Shown here one piece after another: positions 29,868 through 39,920 of a DNA stretch of 64,000 bases. This DNA comes from an uncultured Methylomirabilota bacterium (GTDB lineage: Bacteria > Methylomirabilota > Methylomirabilia > Methylomirabilales > 2-02-FULL-66-22): assembly GCA_963845565.1 (NCBI GenBank), contig CAWJSJ010000002.1, forward strand, positions 2,048,001 to 2,112,000. The letters are read 5' to 3'. Positions within the stretch are counted from its first letter, which is position 1; every line of letters begins with the position of its first letter. The notes under the pieces are model-generated. The model ran no database searches. It worked only from the letters and a program-made list of their open reading frames with translations, and was not told the DNA's origin. A program made the position numbers and the translations under genes.

Positions 29868-30722
29868 CTAGGACTGCGGCGGGGTCTGGCGGCGTGGCCA
29901 GCAGCCGGCATCAACCGCGGTTAGGAAGTCCAGTACGGTGCGATTGAAAAGGTCCGGCTCTTCCAGGTTGATGGTGTGTCCGGAGTTCGGGAAGGTCACC
30001 AACCCTGCTGCCGGAGCGTGTCGCTTGAGGAAGAGGCTGGGCTCGATCGCGGGTTCGTCCTCGTCTCCCACTAAAACCAGCACGGGGACATCCATCCCCT
30101 GGAAGCGATCTTGGAGGTCGTAGAAAGAGGGGCGGGTCAATTGCACGCCTCGGAGCGTCATGGCGCGGCCGACCGCCGACCCGGTCGCGAGGTAATCGTG
30201 GAACTCCTGCCAGCCCTGCGGGTCCTTTTGTTGGAACTGGACGCGGGTGGGGCCGCGCGAGTACGTCTCCGCCACGGCAGCCATTCCGTCCCGTTCCAAC
30301 CGCTCGGCCATGTCGTTCGTGATCTTCCGGAATGCGTCACGATCCGTGCCGCTGCCATATCCGCCGCCTGCCACCGTGAGTGAAAGAGCGCGGTCCGGAT
30401 AGGTGAGTCCGAACAGCAGCGTGGCGTAGGCGCCCATGGACAACCCGCAGACATGCGCCGCGGGGATGGCCAGATGATCGAGGACGCCCTTGATGTCGTC
30501 CACGGCCATCTGCTGAGTATATGTGGCGATGTCGGACGGAACAGCCGATGGCGGGTACCCGCGAGCGCCGAAGGTGATGACCCGATATCGGCGGGCGAAG
30601 AAGCGGACCTGGGGCTGCCAGCTTCGATGATCGCCCCCCCATTCGTGGGCAAAGATGAGAGGGCGCCCGTGTCCACACTCCTCGTAGTACAGGCTCACAC
30701 CGTTGATCTCGGCCTGTGGCAT
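29868..30722 (-). CDS. Alpha/beta hydrolase
   Basis: GLSMG nucleophile elbow, VGDEDE and SGHTINLEEP motifs. Confidence 0.9.
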   Translation of the reverse strand: MPQAEINGVSLYYEECGHGRPLIFAHEWGGDHRSWQPQVRFFARRYRVITFGARGYPPSAVPSDIATYTQQMAVDDIKGVLDHLAIPAAHVCGLSMGAYATLLFGLTYPDRALSLTVAGGGYGSGTDRDAFRKITNDMAERLERDGMAAVAETYSRGPTRVQFQQKDPQGWQEFHDYLATGSAVGRAMTLRGVQLTRPSFYDLQDRFQGMDVPVLVLVGDEDEPAIEPSLFLKRHAPAAGLVTFPNSGHTINLEEPDLFNRTVLDFLTAVDAGCWPRRQTPPQS

Positions 30723-30750
30723 CTTCTTCTCCGGCCAGGATGGCGAGACG

Positions 30751-31453
30751 TCACGCCGTGGGGTGCACGTCCGTCGTGGTGGCGCCGCCGCTCAGCAGCG
30801 CCTGGACCCGGCGGCCCGTCTCGCGGCTGTGCTCCATCAGCAGCCGCCCGAGGCGCTCGCCGTCCTTGGCTTCCAGCGCATCCAGGCTGTCGCGGTGCTC
30901 CTTGATGCCGCGGTCCCAATGCGACTGCGAGTGAATGGCCACGTAGCGGGCGCGCTGGATCTGCGACGCCAGCGTCGTGTAGGTGGCGAGCAGGACGGAA
31001 TTGCCTGAGAGGCTCGACCACGCTGCGATGGAATTGCCCGTTCATCTGGAAATATTCGACGCGATCCTTGCGGTCGTGAAGGCGCTCCATTTGAGTCAGG
31101 TGCTTGCGGAGACGCTGAATATCCTTGTCTTCGACGCGTGTGACGGCCAACTCGCCGGCGTACCGCTCCAGCCACGCCATCACGTCGAACAGTTCGCCGA
31201 CGTTCTCTCGCGTGATGGGCGCCACCCGCGGGCTACGATTCGGTACGAGCTCGATCAATCCCTCGGCTGCGAGAACCTTCAGCGCCTCGCGAAGCGGGGT
31301 CCGCGAGATCCCAAATCGTTCGCAGAGCTGTTTTTCGTCAATGCGCTCGCCGGGGGGCAACTCGTTATGTACGATGAGGTCGCGAAGTCTTTCGGTTAAT
31401 TGCTCGTGCAGCGGCGGCCGTACGAGCACGTCGGCGCTTCTCTCAGGTCCCAT
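30751..31453 (-). CDS. GntR (FadR/FCD) transcriptional regulator, frameshift near 31010
   Basis: HTH LCERFGISRTPLREALKVL; FCD FH...SGN...EH motifs continue in ORF 30751..30942. Confidence 0.9.
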
Positions 31454-31549
31454 GATCGGCTCCCAGGTGTGCGGCCGTCCGTCGATGTTCCGCGCGCTGG
31501 ATTCGGTGCAATGAAAACGCGACAACGACCTCGTATTTCGATCGTCCAC

Positions 31550-31578
31550 AATCTATCCGAGGTTCACCAGGATTTCAA
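31550..31578 (-). promoter_or_regulatory. Probable gntR promoter
   Basis: Minus strand TTGAAA-17nt-TAGATT. Confidence 0.6.
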
Positions 31579-31614
31579 GTATAAAAAATACAGAATTAAA
31601 TATGATAAAAAACT

Positions 31615-31643
31615 TGGACATATAATACATAATGATGTATTTT
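31615..31643 (+). promoter_or_regulatory. Island promoter/operator P2 (carbamate kinase operon)
   Basis: TGGACA TATAATACATAATGATG TATTTT; the spacer shares its first 13 nt with P1. Confidence 0.8.
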
Positions 31644-31724
31644 ATACAGGAATCCAAGTGTTCTTGACCTGATACAACCCTGCATGAAATCATGCGTCTC
31701 CGCGGGAAGGATGGGAGCAGCGAG

Positions 31725-32693
31725 ATGACTCAGGCGTACGAGATCCCGGGGCGTCTGCTCATCGCCATCGGGGGCAATGCCATCCACCCGGGCGGCATCG
31801 CGGGGACGCCCCAAGAGCAGGTGGACATCGTTGCTGCGACCGCCCGTGCCTTGCTCCCCATCATGCAACTGAACAACGAGTTGATCGTTACGCATGGGAA
31901 CGGACCTGTTGTCGGGAAGATCCTGCTGCGGCAAACGCTTGCTCGCCATCGGGTGGTCCCGATGTCGCTGGACATCTGCGTGGCCCACAGCCAGGGGGGG
32001 ATTGCGTATCTGTTGATGCAGGCGTTCGAGAACGCGTTGCGTGAGGCGGACGATCAGCGCCACGTTGTCTGTCTGCTCACGCAAGTCGAAGTTGATCCCG
32101 AGGATCCAGGTTTTCGAAATCCCACCAAACCGGTCGGTTACTTTTACACGGAAGAGGAGGCTCGGGGAATCGCCACGGAGCTCGGCTGGACAATGCGAGA
32201 AGACGCTGGCCGCGGGTGGAGATTGGTCGTGGCGTCTCCGGAGCCGAAACACATTGTCGATATCTCCCTGATAGACGCGTTGGCGAAACGGGGCGCCGTC
32301 GTCATTGCCGGAGGTGGCGGCGGGATCCCGGTGATCCGCGGGCCAAAGAAGGTCCGCCATGGGGTCGAGGCGGTGATCGACAAGGATTTAACATCCGCGC
32401 TGATGGCTAACGTGCTCGGTATAGACGTGATGATGATCCTGACCGGCGTGTCGCGGGTCGCCATCGATTATCGGACGCCGCAGGAGCGCGACCTTGACCA
32501 TGTGACTGTTTCGGAGGCCCGGCGCTTGCTCAGGGAAGGACAGTTTCCGGCGGGCAGCATGGGGCCGAAGATCGAGGCCGCTGTTCGGTTTCTCGAACGC
32601 GGCGGCAAGCGGGCCATTATCGGTCACCTGAATGACGCCCTGCCTGCCCTCCGTGGCGAGACGGGGACCCACATCGTTCCCGATGAACACTGA
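31725..32693 (+). CDS. arcC: Carbamate kinase
   Basis: IAIGGNA, THGNGP, NPTKPVG, GRGWRLVVASP, GVEAVIDKD and GSMGPK motifs. Confidence 0.95.
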   Translation: MTQAYEIPGRLLIAIGGNAIHPGGIAGTPQEQVDIVAATARALLPIMQLNNELIVTHGNGPVVGKILLRQTLARHRVVPMSLDICVAHSQGGIAYLLMQAFENALREADDQRHVVCLLTQVEVDPEDPGFRNPTKPVGYFYTEEEARGIATELGWTMREDAGRGWRLVVASPEPKHIVDISLIDALAKRGAVVIAGGGGGIPVIRGPKKVRHGVEAVIDKDLTSALMANVLGIDVMMILTGVSRVAIDYRTPQERDLDHVTVSEARRLLREGQFPAGSMGPKIEAAVRFLERGGKRAIIGHLNDALPALRGETGTHIVPDEH

Positions 32694-33702
32694 GGCGCGC
32701 ATGCTCATGTCGGTATCGCCATCCTCGGCCAGGGCCGCTCTTCCGACGGCGATTCCCATCACCCGGCTCGGCCGTTTCGCGGCCGACGCGCTTCGAGCGG
32801 AGTCCCGGTGGGTGGTCCAGGCCGTTTTCCGCCGCAGCTTCTATTGCCGAAGTCAGGACGGGTCCTTCGTGTGCGTCGGCCCGATGTCGCTCGGCAGTGG
32901 GCCGCTGAATGTCCTTTGCCCGGTCCCCGAGCGGACCGACTGGGAGGCAGCCGGTCTCGCGCCGGGCTCCGCCGCAACGTGCGATGGCACATGGTTCCGC
33001 GTCGCGGAGCATTTCGCGTTTTCGCTGGTTGACGCCACGGTCTGGCGGCCCGCCACGCCGGCCACCCGGTGGCAACCGGCGACTATGCGCGCGAACCTGG
33101 TCGCGCTTTCGCGAGAGGCGCGCGCACGATCGGCGCGGGGAGGCCTGCAAGCGTTGGTGCCGTCGTTCGCCGGGAACGCGACCAACCTCGCGGATGGAGC
33201 GTCGGGCGCCGACCCCTTGAACCGGATGGCGCTCGGGGGCGCCGGACCCTTGGCGAGATGGCTGGAGGCGAGCCTCGACCGCGCCGAAGAGCGGATCCCG
33301 ATTCCGAGTGGGGCGATCACGGCGCTGGTCGGTCTCGGCCCGGGCCTGACCCCTTCCGGGGACGACTTTCTCGGAGGCGTGCTGGTGGCCCTTCGGCAGT
33401 TGGGTGCCGCGCGCGTCGCCGCGCGCCTCGCCGCCGCTGTGCTCTCCCATGCCGAGTGGGGCACGAACGACATCAGCCGCGCGCACCTCGCCGCAGCGGC
33501 TGGCGGAGAAGGCGCGGCCGCCCTGCACGGTCTCTTGATGAGCCTGTGCACGCCAGGCGCCCCCGGGATGCGCGACTGGGTGTCCGCGATCGAAACGATC
33601 GGGCATAGCTCCGGCTGGGATGCCGTGGCGGGGATATCCTTGGTGGCGGCCGGATTCGCGCGGGTCGGTCTCGCGCGTGATGGAGGGGCGGCAACGGCCT
33701 GA
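32683..33702 (+). CDS. DUF2877 protein (YlbF/AllH-like)
   Basis: LVGLGPGLTPSGDDFLGG, TNDIS and IGHSSGWD motifs. Confidence 0.88.
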   Translation: MNTEARMLMSVSPSSARAALPTAIPITRLGRFAADALRAESRWVVQAVFRRSFYCRSQDGSFVCVGPMSLGSGPLNVLCPVPERTDWEAAGLAPGSAATCDGTWFRVAEHFAFSLVDATVWRPATPATRWQPATMRANLVALSREARARSARGGLQALVPSFAGNATNLADGASGADPLNRMALGGAGPLARWLEASLDRAEERIPIPSGAITALVGLGPGLTPSGDDFLGGVLVALRQLGAARVAARLAAAVLSHAEWGTNDISRAHLAAAAGGEGAAALHGLLMSLCTPGAPGMRDWVSAIETIGHSSGWDAVAGISLVAAGFARVGLARDGGAATA

Positions 33703-33755
33703 CGGCCGTGCGTGTAACGCGGTGCGTGCCCCGCCGGCGGTGGCGCGCGTGACAC

Positions 33756-33854
33756 GCCGTTGTCAAAGAATTATTTGACGGCAGAAATTCTGAAACGGCA
33801 TAAGGAGCCGTAACGAAATCGCAAGAAGTGGCCAAGTCATTTCGTAACGGCTCC
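33756..33854. mobile_element. MITE family A copy between DUF2877 and fdrA
   Basis: GCCGTTGTCAAAGAATT...AAACGGCA-TAA-GGAGCCGTAACGAAAT...ATTTCGTAACGGCTCC-TAA. Confidence 0.85.
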
Positions 33855-33868
33855 TAAGGAGAGGGCTC

Positions 33869-35389
33869 ATGGCGATACGTACGGAAATATTATCGTCTTT
33901 CTATCAGGATTCGGTCGTGTTCATGCGCATCGCGTCCCAGATCCGGACGCGGCCTGGGGTGCGGGAGGCGGCCGCGTTCATGGGGACGCCGTCGAACCAG
34001 GGCTTGCTGGAGCAGATCGGCCTGGCGACGGTCGAGAGCAAGGAGGCGCGTCCAAATGACCTGATTCTCACGGTGGACGCGGACAGCGATGCCGCGGCCG
34101 AAGCGGCGCTGGCGGCGGCGAAGGAACTGCTCGCCCAGCGGCGCCAGGTCAGCGAGTCGGCCGCGGAGGTGCGGCCCCGCACTTTGGAGTCGGCTCTCCG
34201 AATGCTCCCTGATGCGAACCTGGTCGCCATCTCGGTTCCGGGGGCCTACGCCAAGTTCGAGGCGATGAAGGCGATCAAGCATGGCCTGCACGTGTTCCTG
34301 TTCAGCGACAACGTGCCGGTCCAGGACGAGATCGAGCTCAAGACCGAAGCGGTGCGCCGAGGCGTCTTGTGTATGGGGCCTGACTGTGGGACAGCCTACC
34401 TGAACGGCATGGGGGTTGGCTTCACTAACGTCGCGCCGCGCGGACGCATCGGGTTCGTCGCTGCCGCGGGGACGGGGCTTCAGGCGGTGGTCTCCCGCGT
34501 CGCGGCGTTGGGAGAAGGTGTCTCGCATGGCATCGGCGTCGGCGGGCGGGATCTATCGTCCGAGGTCGGGGGAATGATGACGCTCTTCGCCCTGGAGGCG
34601 CTGGCGGACGATCCGTCCACCGAAGCCATCGTGATCATCTCGAAACCGCCACACCCGACGATCCTGCCGCGGCTGGAGGCGGCCATTGCGAAGATCCGGA
34701 AGCCGGTGGTGGCGTGCGTGCTGGGCGTACAGGCGCCGGCGCAGAGTGCGGCGACATGGGTCGATACGCTGGACGCCGCCGCGGATGCCGTCGTGGCGCT
34801 GATCGCCAAGCGGAACCTCGGGTGGGGGACGTTTTCGGATGTGTCCGGGATTCGCGCCCGTCTGGCCCGCCTCCAGGCGAAAGGTCCGATTGCCCCCGAG
34901 GTGTTCGGCCTGTACACGGGCGGGACGCTCGCGCATGAGACGCATCTGCTGCTCGATTCTCTTCTGGGACATGACGCTCGGCATCAGATCCTCGATCTGG
35001 GCGACGATCAATACACCGTGGGCCGGCCCCACCCCATGATCGATCCGCAGACTCGGACGGACATGATTCTCAAGGCGGGTCAGGAGAAGGCGGGGGTACT
35101 GCTTGTGGACCTGGTGCTGGGCCGAGGATCGCATCCCAATCCGGCAGCGCCTCTCGCGGCGGCGATACGCCAGGCATCCGCCATGGCCGCGGCGGCCGGT
35201 CGGCGGCTGATCGCGGTGGGGTCGGTTGTGGGAACCGCCGGGGACCCCCAGGACCTCGCGGGCCAGGTGGCCCAACTGGAAGAGGCGGGAGTCGAGCTTC
35301 TTCCATCCAACGCGGAGGCCGCCCGATTTGCCGCACTCCTGGTCAAGCCCGAGCTTGCCGAAACGCTCGCTGTGGAGGTGTCCCGATGA
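33869..35389 (+). CDS. fdrA: FdrA / AllF acyl-CoA synthetase-like protein
   Basis: YQDSVVFM, MGTPSN, ISVPGAYA, FSDNV, MGPDCGT, GVGGRDLS, DLGDDQYTVGRPHPMIDP motifs. Confidence 0.93.
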   Translation: MAIRTEILSSFYQDSVVFMRIASQIRTRPGVREAAAFMGTPSNQGLLEQIGLATVESKEARPNDLILTVDADSDAAAEAALAAAKELLAQRRQVSESAAEVRPRTLESALRMLPDANLVAISVPGAYAKFEAMKAIKHGLHVFLFSDNVPVQDEIELKTEAVRRGVLCMGPDCGTAYLNGMGVGFTNVAPRGRIGFVAAAGTGLQAVVSRVAALGEGVSHGIGVGGRDLSSEVGGMMTLFALEALADDPSTEAIVIISKPPHPTILPRLEAAIAKIRKPVVACVLGVQAPAQSAATWVDTLDAAADAVVALIAKRNLGWGTFSDVSGIRARLARLQAKGPIAPEVFGLYTGGTLAHETHLLLDSLLGHDARHQILDLGDDQYTVGRPHPMIDPQTRTDMILKAGQEKAGVLLVDLVLGRGSHPNPAAPLAAAIRQASAMAAAAGRRLIAVGSVVGTAGDPQDLAGQVAQLEEAGVELLPSNAEAARFAALLVKPELAETLAVEVSR

Positions 35390-35562
35390 GCATGCTGAAG
35401 ATCTTCGCCGAGCCGCTGCGGGTGATCAATATTGGGGTCGAGGGCTTCGCCGAGGATCTCAAGGCCGCCGGTGTGGAGGTCATTCAGCTCGACTGGCGCC
35501 CTCCGACGGGCGGGAACGCACGTCTGACTGCCCTGCTGGCCAGCCTGCAAGACGACGACTAA
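35386..35562 (+). CDS. Small FdrA C-terminal domain protein (58 aa)
   Basis: Manual translation: MSMLKIFAEPLRVINIGVEGFAEDLKAAGVEVIQLDWRPPTGGNARLTALLASLQDDD. GGAGG SD and ATGA overlap with fdrA. Below the ORF-track size cutoff. Confidence 0.88.
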   Translation: MSMLKIFAEPLRVINIGVEGFAEDLKAAGVEVIQLDWRPPTGGNARLTALLASLQDDD

Positions 35563-35664
35563 GATCCCCCGTACGCGTCCGAAGTCGTCTGTCGTCCCTG
35601 CTGCGGTGGCAGATTGCACCTCCGACAGTAGGGAGCCGACGGGCCGCCTTGGTGTTGCGACGCG

Positions 35665-36576
35665 TCAACGGGAAAAGGGATGATGCTGAATCCAGTGCCG
35701 GGCGATGTCGATCCGCCGGCAGGTCCAGACATCCGGATGCTGCGTCACATAATCGAGGAATCGCTCCAGGCCCGCCGCCCGTGACGGATGGCCGACAAGT
35801 CGCATATGGAGCCCCACCGACATCATCTTGGGTTGCGTCCTGCCCTCGCGGTACAGCAGATCGAAGCCATCCTTCAGGAACGTGAAGAAGTGATCGGCGG
35901 TGAAAAACCCTCCAACACCGAACTTCAGGTCGTTTGTGCTCAAGGAGTACGGCACGACGAGGTGCGCCGCTTCTCCGACCCGAACCCAGTATGGGAGTTC
36001 GTCGTTGTATGCATCAGAATCGTACAGGAAACCGCCCTCCTCGACAAGGAGTCGTCGGGTATTGATGCCCGGTCCATACCGGCAGTACCAGCCCAGCGGG
36101 CGCTGCCCCACGGTTTTTCCCAACGACTCGACGGCCAGACGTATGTGGCGACGCTCCTCTTCTTCGGACAACTCGAATTGCCTCACCCAGCGCCAGCCGT
36201 GGCTACAGACGTCGTGGCCGGCCTCGACGATGGCCTTGGCCGCCTCGGGGTTCCGCTCCAAAGCCAGAGCGCATCCGAACACCGTGAGGGGAAGACCACG
36301 CTCTCGAAAGATTCTCATGAGCCGCCAGAAGCCGACGCGGCTCCCATACTCGAACATGGACTCGGCGGCAAGGTCGCGGCCTCGGACCGTCTGGCCCGTT
36401 CCAGTGGCTTCGGTGAGCGTCGCTTCGGAAAACCCGTCCTCGTCCGGTACGGAATACTCGGAACCTTCCTCGTAATTCATCACAAAATTGAGCGCTAGAC
36501 GGGCATGGCGTGGCCAGCGAGGGTCAGGAGGATTGGCGCCGTAGCCGACGAGATCGCGGGGATAGCCGTTGGCCAT
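35665..36576 (-). CDS. puuE: Allantoinase PuuE (polysaccharide deacetylase fold)
   Basis: YPRDLVGYG, NYEEGSE, ESMFEYGSRVGFWR, SHGWRW, KMMSVGLH.RLVG and RIDIARHW motifs. Confidence 0.9.
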   Translation of the reverse strand: MANGYPRDLVGYGANPPDPRWPRHARLALNFVMNYEEGSEYSVPDEDGFSEATLTEATGTGQTVRGRDLAAESMFEYGSRVGFWRLMRIFRERGLPLTVFGCALALERNPEAAKAIVEAGHDVCSHGWRWVRQFELSEEEERRHIRLAVESLGKTVGQRPLGWYCRYGPGINTRRLLVEEGGFLYDSDAYNDELPYWVRVGEAAHLVVPYSLSTNDLKFGVGGFFTADHFFTFLKDGFDLLYREGRTQPKMMSVGLHMRLVGHPSRAAGLERFLDYVTQHPDVWTCRRIDIARHWIQHHPFSR

Positions 36577-36654
36577 GGGTTTCCCTCCGTGGCTTCCGAT
36601 GCCTCGGGAAGCGGCGCAGACTTCGACAACCGGACATGGGGCAAGGTAATTGAA

Positions 36655-37911
36655 CTACGCGGCGGAAACCGCCGTGGACCGCGCGGCCGCGAAAGCCTCC
36701 AGTGCCTTGACGAAGCATTCCATCGGTACTGCCGTGATGCCCGCGCCGATCTGGCCGACTCCAGGCCGGCGACACGCGATGCCGGTGTTGATGACTGGGG
36801 TGAAACCGGTCTCGACCACCTTTCGGATGTCGATTCCAAGCGGCGTACCTCGAAAGTTCAACGCGGGGATCTTGAAAGTGTCGTGTTCTCCCGCGGTGAT
36901 CTCGTAGGACCGCATGGTCGTTTCCACGGCCTTTTGGGGTGTCCCCCCTACGTACTGGACGATGGCCGGTGCGGCGGCCATGGCGCACGAACCCAATCCC
37001 ATGGTCTCGGTGATCGCCGAATCCCCGATGTCCGGATTGGCGTCGTCGGGGCCGAAGCCGGGGAAGTACACGCCCTCGATCTTGGGGGCCGGGGCAGTGA
37101 ACCATGTATCCCCCAGGCCGCTTACACGGATCCCGACCTCGGTGCCGTTTCGGGCAATGGTGGTGACGACGGTGGAATCCGGGATGCCGCTCCCCGCATC
37201 CAGCATCGCCTTGCAGCTCGGCATGACGCTGTTCAGGATGAAATGGCCAGACCCCTCGATAAAGGTGATGGCCTTGATGGCCTGCTCGGTGGACTTGGCC
37301 ACCGCTATGAGATGCGGGGCAAGTGCAAGGGTCAACAGGGAGTTGCTGGCCTTATTCCGGTTGTGCATCTCGTCACCCATCTGGACCGCCTGGGCAACGA
37401 GGTTCTTGATGTCAATTCCCCCGGAGCGACGGATCGCGTCGCGGAGTAATTGAGCCAGCTCGCTATTCATCCAGCGGAGCCGCTCCAACACGTCCGGCGT
37501 GTTTGCCCCGTGCCGCAAGACCTTGCCGATACCCTCGTACAGGTTGCAGTACGTCTCGATGTCGTGGACATCGTTCCGGATCACGTTGACCATCATGGAC
37601 GGGGTGGTGATCCCGGACATGGGGCCGCAGGCCCGGTGATTGTGCAGGGAATCGAAGTGCAGTGCCCCGCCGGCCGCCAAGGCCTCGGCTTCCTCCAGCG
37701 TCGTGGCCCAACCTTCGAACAGGCAGGCGCCGGCAATAGCCCCCTGCATGGGGCCGCACATCCTCTCCCAGGCGACCGGCGGCCCGGCGTGGAAGACGGA
37801 GCGATCGCCCATGCCGGGGATCACGTCCCGCGCCTTGCGGATGTCCACGAGCGTGGCCGTACTCTCCTGAATCCGTTTCACGCATTCCTTGTTCGCTGCC
37901 GAAATACTCAT
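36655..37911 (-). CDS. DUF1116 protein (YlbE/AllG-like)
   Basis: HAGPP, GPMQGA, MGDEMHNRN, ARNGTEVGI, DIGDSAITET, PVINTGIA and GQIGAG motifs. Confidence 0.93.
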   Translation of the reverse strand: MSISAANKECVKRIQESTATLVDIRKARDVIPGMGDRSVFHAGPPVAWERMCGPMQGAIAGACLFEGWATTLEEAEALAAGGALHFDSLHNHRACGPMSGITTPSMMVNVIRNDVHDIETYCNLYEGIGKVLRHGANTPDVLERLRWMNSELAQLLRDAIRRSGGIDIKNLVAQAVQMGDEMHNRNKASNSLLTLALAPHLIAVAKSTEQAIKAITFIEGSGHFILNSVMPSCKAMLDAGSGIPDSTVVTTIARNGTEVGIRVSGLGDTWFTAPAPKIEGVYFPGFGPDDANPDIGDSAITETMGLGSCAMAAAPAIVQYVGGTPQKAVETTMRSYEITAGEHDTFKIPALNFRGTPLGIDIRKVVETGFTPVINTGIACRRPGVGQIGAGITAVPMECFVKALEAFAAARSTAVSAA

Positions 37912-37962
37912 ACCGCCTCCAATGGATGTCAACAGGAACGCCCCGCCCGACGCTCCCGGGCT

Positions 37963-39246
37963 TTACATCTGCTTGGGCAGCCAGGTCACCAGCGCTGGGA
38001 ATTGTGTGAGGAGCAAGGTGAACAGCAACATGATGATGACGTATGGCCAGGCACCCTTGATGACGTCTTTCAGCGGACCGCCATCACGGCGTACCCCTTG
38101 AATGACGAACAGATTCATCCCGACCGGTGGAGTGATCATGCCGATCTCGCTCATGAGAACGATGAAGATGCCGAGCCAGATGGCGTCCCCGCCCACCGCG
38201 GTGACGATGGGGTACACGATCGGGATGGTGGCCACCTGCATGGCCAGGACGTCCAGGAAGCAGCCGAGAATCAGGTAAAACACGGTCAGAGCCAGGACGA
38301 GCATGTTGAATGACAACTGCATGTCCGTAACCACTTTCGTCATGGCCTGGGCCACACCGAGCATGCTCAATGCCAGGTTCAAGACGAAGGCGCCGGTGAT
38401 GATCAGGAGGATCATTCCAGTGAGCTGGGCCGTCCGGATGAAGCAGGGGTTGAGCATGGCGAAGGACAGGCGTCCCGCCTTCAACGCGAAACCTAAGGCA
38501 ACGGCGATCCCCAGGGCGGCCGCCTCGGTCGGCGTGGCGATTCCGAAGTAGATGCTCCCCATCACGATGGAGAACACGATCAACGGGGGAAGGAGGAGCG
38601 GGGTCGCCGCCAGACGCTCCTTCCAAGTGGCTTTTCGCTCCCTGCCGGTGGTGGGGCGCCGTATCGCTTCCATGAAGATGTACATACTGAAGCAGAGGGT
38701 GAGCAGGATGCCCGGAATCACCCCGCCGACGAACAGTTTGCTGATAGAGTTGTTGGTCAGACTGCCGTACACCAGCAGGGCGACGCTCGGGGGGATCAGG
38801 ATGCCCAGCGTGCCACCCGCCGCCAGCGAGCCCAGAGCCATGGGCTTGTCGTACCCCCGCTTGTCCAGCTCGGGCAGCGCCACCGTGCCGATGGTGGCCG
38901 CACACGCGACCGAAGAGCCGGTGGTGGCGGCGAAGAGGGCGCAGCAGCCGATGTTGCTGTGCAGGAGTCCACCGGGCAAGCCCGTGAGCCAGATGGAGAG
39001 TCCCTTGTACATCCCATCCGCAATGCCGCTCCGGAGCAGCAACTCTCCCATCATGATGAACACCGGGATGGCCGTCAGCATGTTTTCGTTGTGGACCCCC
39101 CAGATCACGCTCCCGATGGAATCCAGGAACGGCTGCCCAAAGGCGAGCCACCCCCCGGCCATCCCGAGGCTCATCATGATCGGTCCGATGGGGATGCCGA
39201 TCATCAGCAATGCGACCATGATCAGAAGACCGAGCAATACAGCCAT
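37963..39246 (-). CDS. dctM: TRAP transporter large permease
   Basis: AIPVFIMMG, GGTLGILIPPS, ATPTEAA and ITPPVGMNLF motifs. Confidence 0.95.
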   Translation of the reverse strand: MAVLLGLLIMVALLMIGIPIGPIMMSLGMAGGWLAFGQPFLDSIGSVIWGVHNENMLTAIPVFIMMGELLLRSGIADGMYKGLSIWLTGLPGGLLHSNIGCCALFAATTGSSVACAATIGTVALPELDKRGYDKPMALGSLAAGGTLGILIPPSVALLVYGSLTNNSISKLFVGGVIPGILLTLCFSMYIFMEAIRRPTTGRERKATWKERLAATPLLLPPLIVFSIVMGSIYFGIATPTEAAALGIAVALGFALKAGRLSFAMLNPCFIRTAQLTGMILLIITGAFVLNLALSMLGVAQAMTKVVTDMQLSFNMLVLALTVFYLILGCFLDVLAMQVATIPIVYPIVTAVGGDAIWLGIFIVLMSEIGMITPPVGMNLFVIQGVRRDGGPLKDVIKGAWPYVIIMLLFTLLLTQFPALVTWLPKQM

Positions 39247-39271
39247 GGCAGAGATCCTCTCCGTGAGCGGC

Positions 39272-39838
39272 CTAGAGGCGCCGCTTGGCGTCCTCGAGCT
39301 CTTCCTGAAGCTCTTCCCTGGCCGCCTTGGGCTCGAACTCCGAGGCCAACTGCGCGGTCTGGCCGCGCAAGAGTAGATAGGTAGCCCGACCGCCCAGCAG
39401 GACGGCCACGATGGCGAAGGCGACGATCCCTGCGTACCAGACCGTCTGGGGGTACTTGAGCGGAGTCGCCCAGGGGGTCGGAGCCGTGCTGTTGTACGCA
39501 AACGTGTCGCGGACCACCCCAAAAGACGCCCAGGCGAGCACCAAGGCGAACAGGGCGATGGAGGTCACGGAGATCCAGTTCAGGAGCGCCTGACCGCGCT
39601 GGGACAGGCGGTAGTGGATCACATCGATGCGCATGTGGTTGCGCCCGATCAGCGCCACGCAGAAGGAGAGACAGGCGCTGACCGCCAGGATGTATCCGCC
39701 GATCTCGTCGGCCCCCTGCATGGACCAGTTGAAGAGCTTCCTGGCCCCGACCTCGACGGTGACGAGCAGACCCAGGAGCATCGTCAGCCAGCCGAAAGTC
39801 AGGCCCAGGATGTCGGAGAGACGCTTCATGATTGGCAT
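39272..39838 (-). CDS. dctQ: TRAP transporter small permease
   Basis: Four TM segments; GADEIGGY, HMRID and TPLKYPQ motifs. Confidence 0.9.
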   Translation of the reverse strand: MPIMKRLSDILGLTFGWLTMLLGLLVTVEVGARKLFNWSMQGADEIGGYILAVSACLSFCVALIGRNHMRIDVIHYRLSQRGQALLNWISVTSIALFALVLAWASFGVVRDTFAYNSTAPTPWATPLKYPQTVWYAGIVAFAIVAVLLGGRATYLLLRGQTAQLASEFEPKAAREELQEELEDAKRRL

Positions 39839-39920
39839 GGTGCTCCTCGCGCGAAGCCGGGGCGCCACCGCCAGGAGGCCGGGTTGTGTCCCGGTGCTCT
39901 GGCGGTGGCGGAATCCAATC

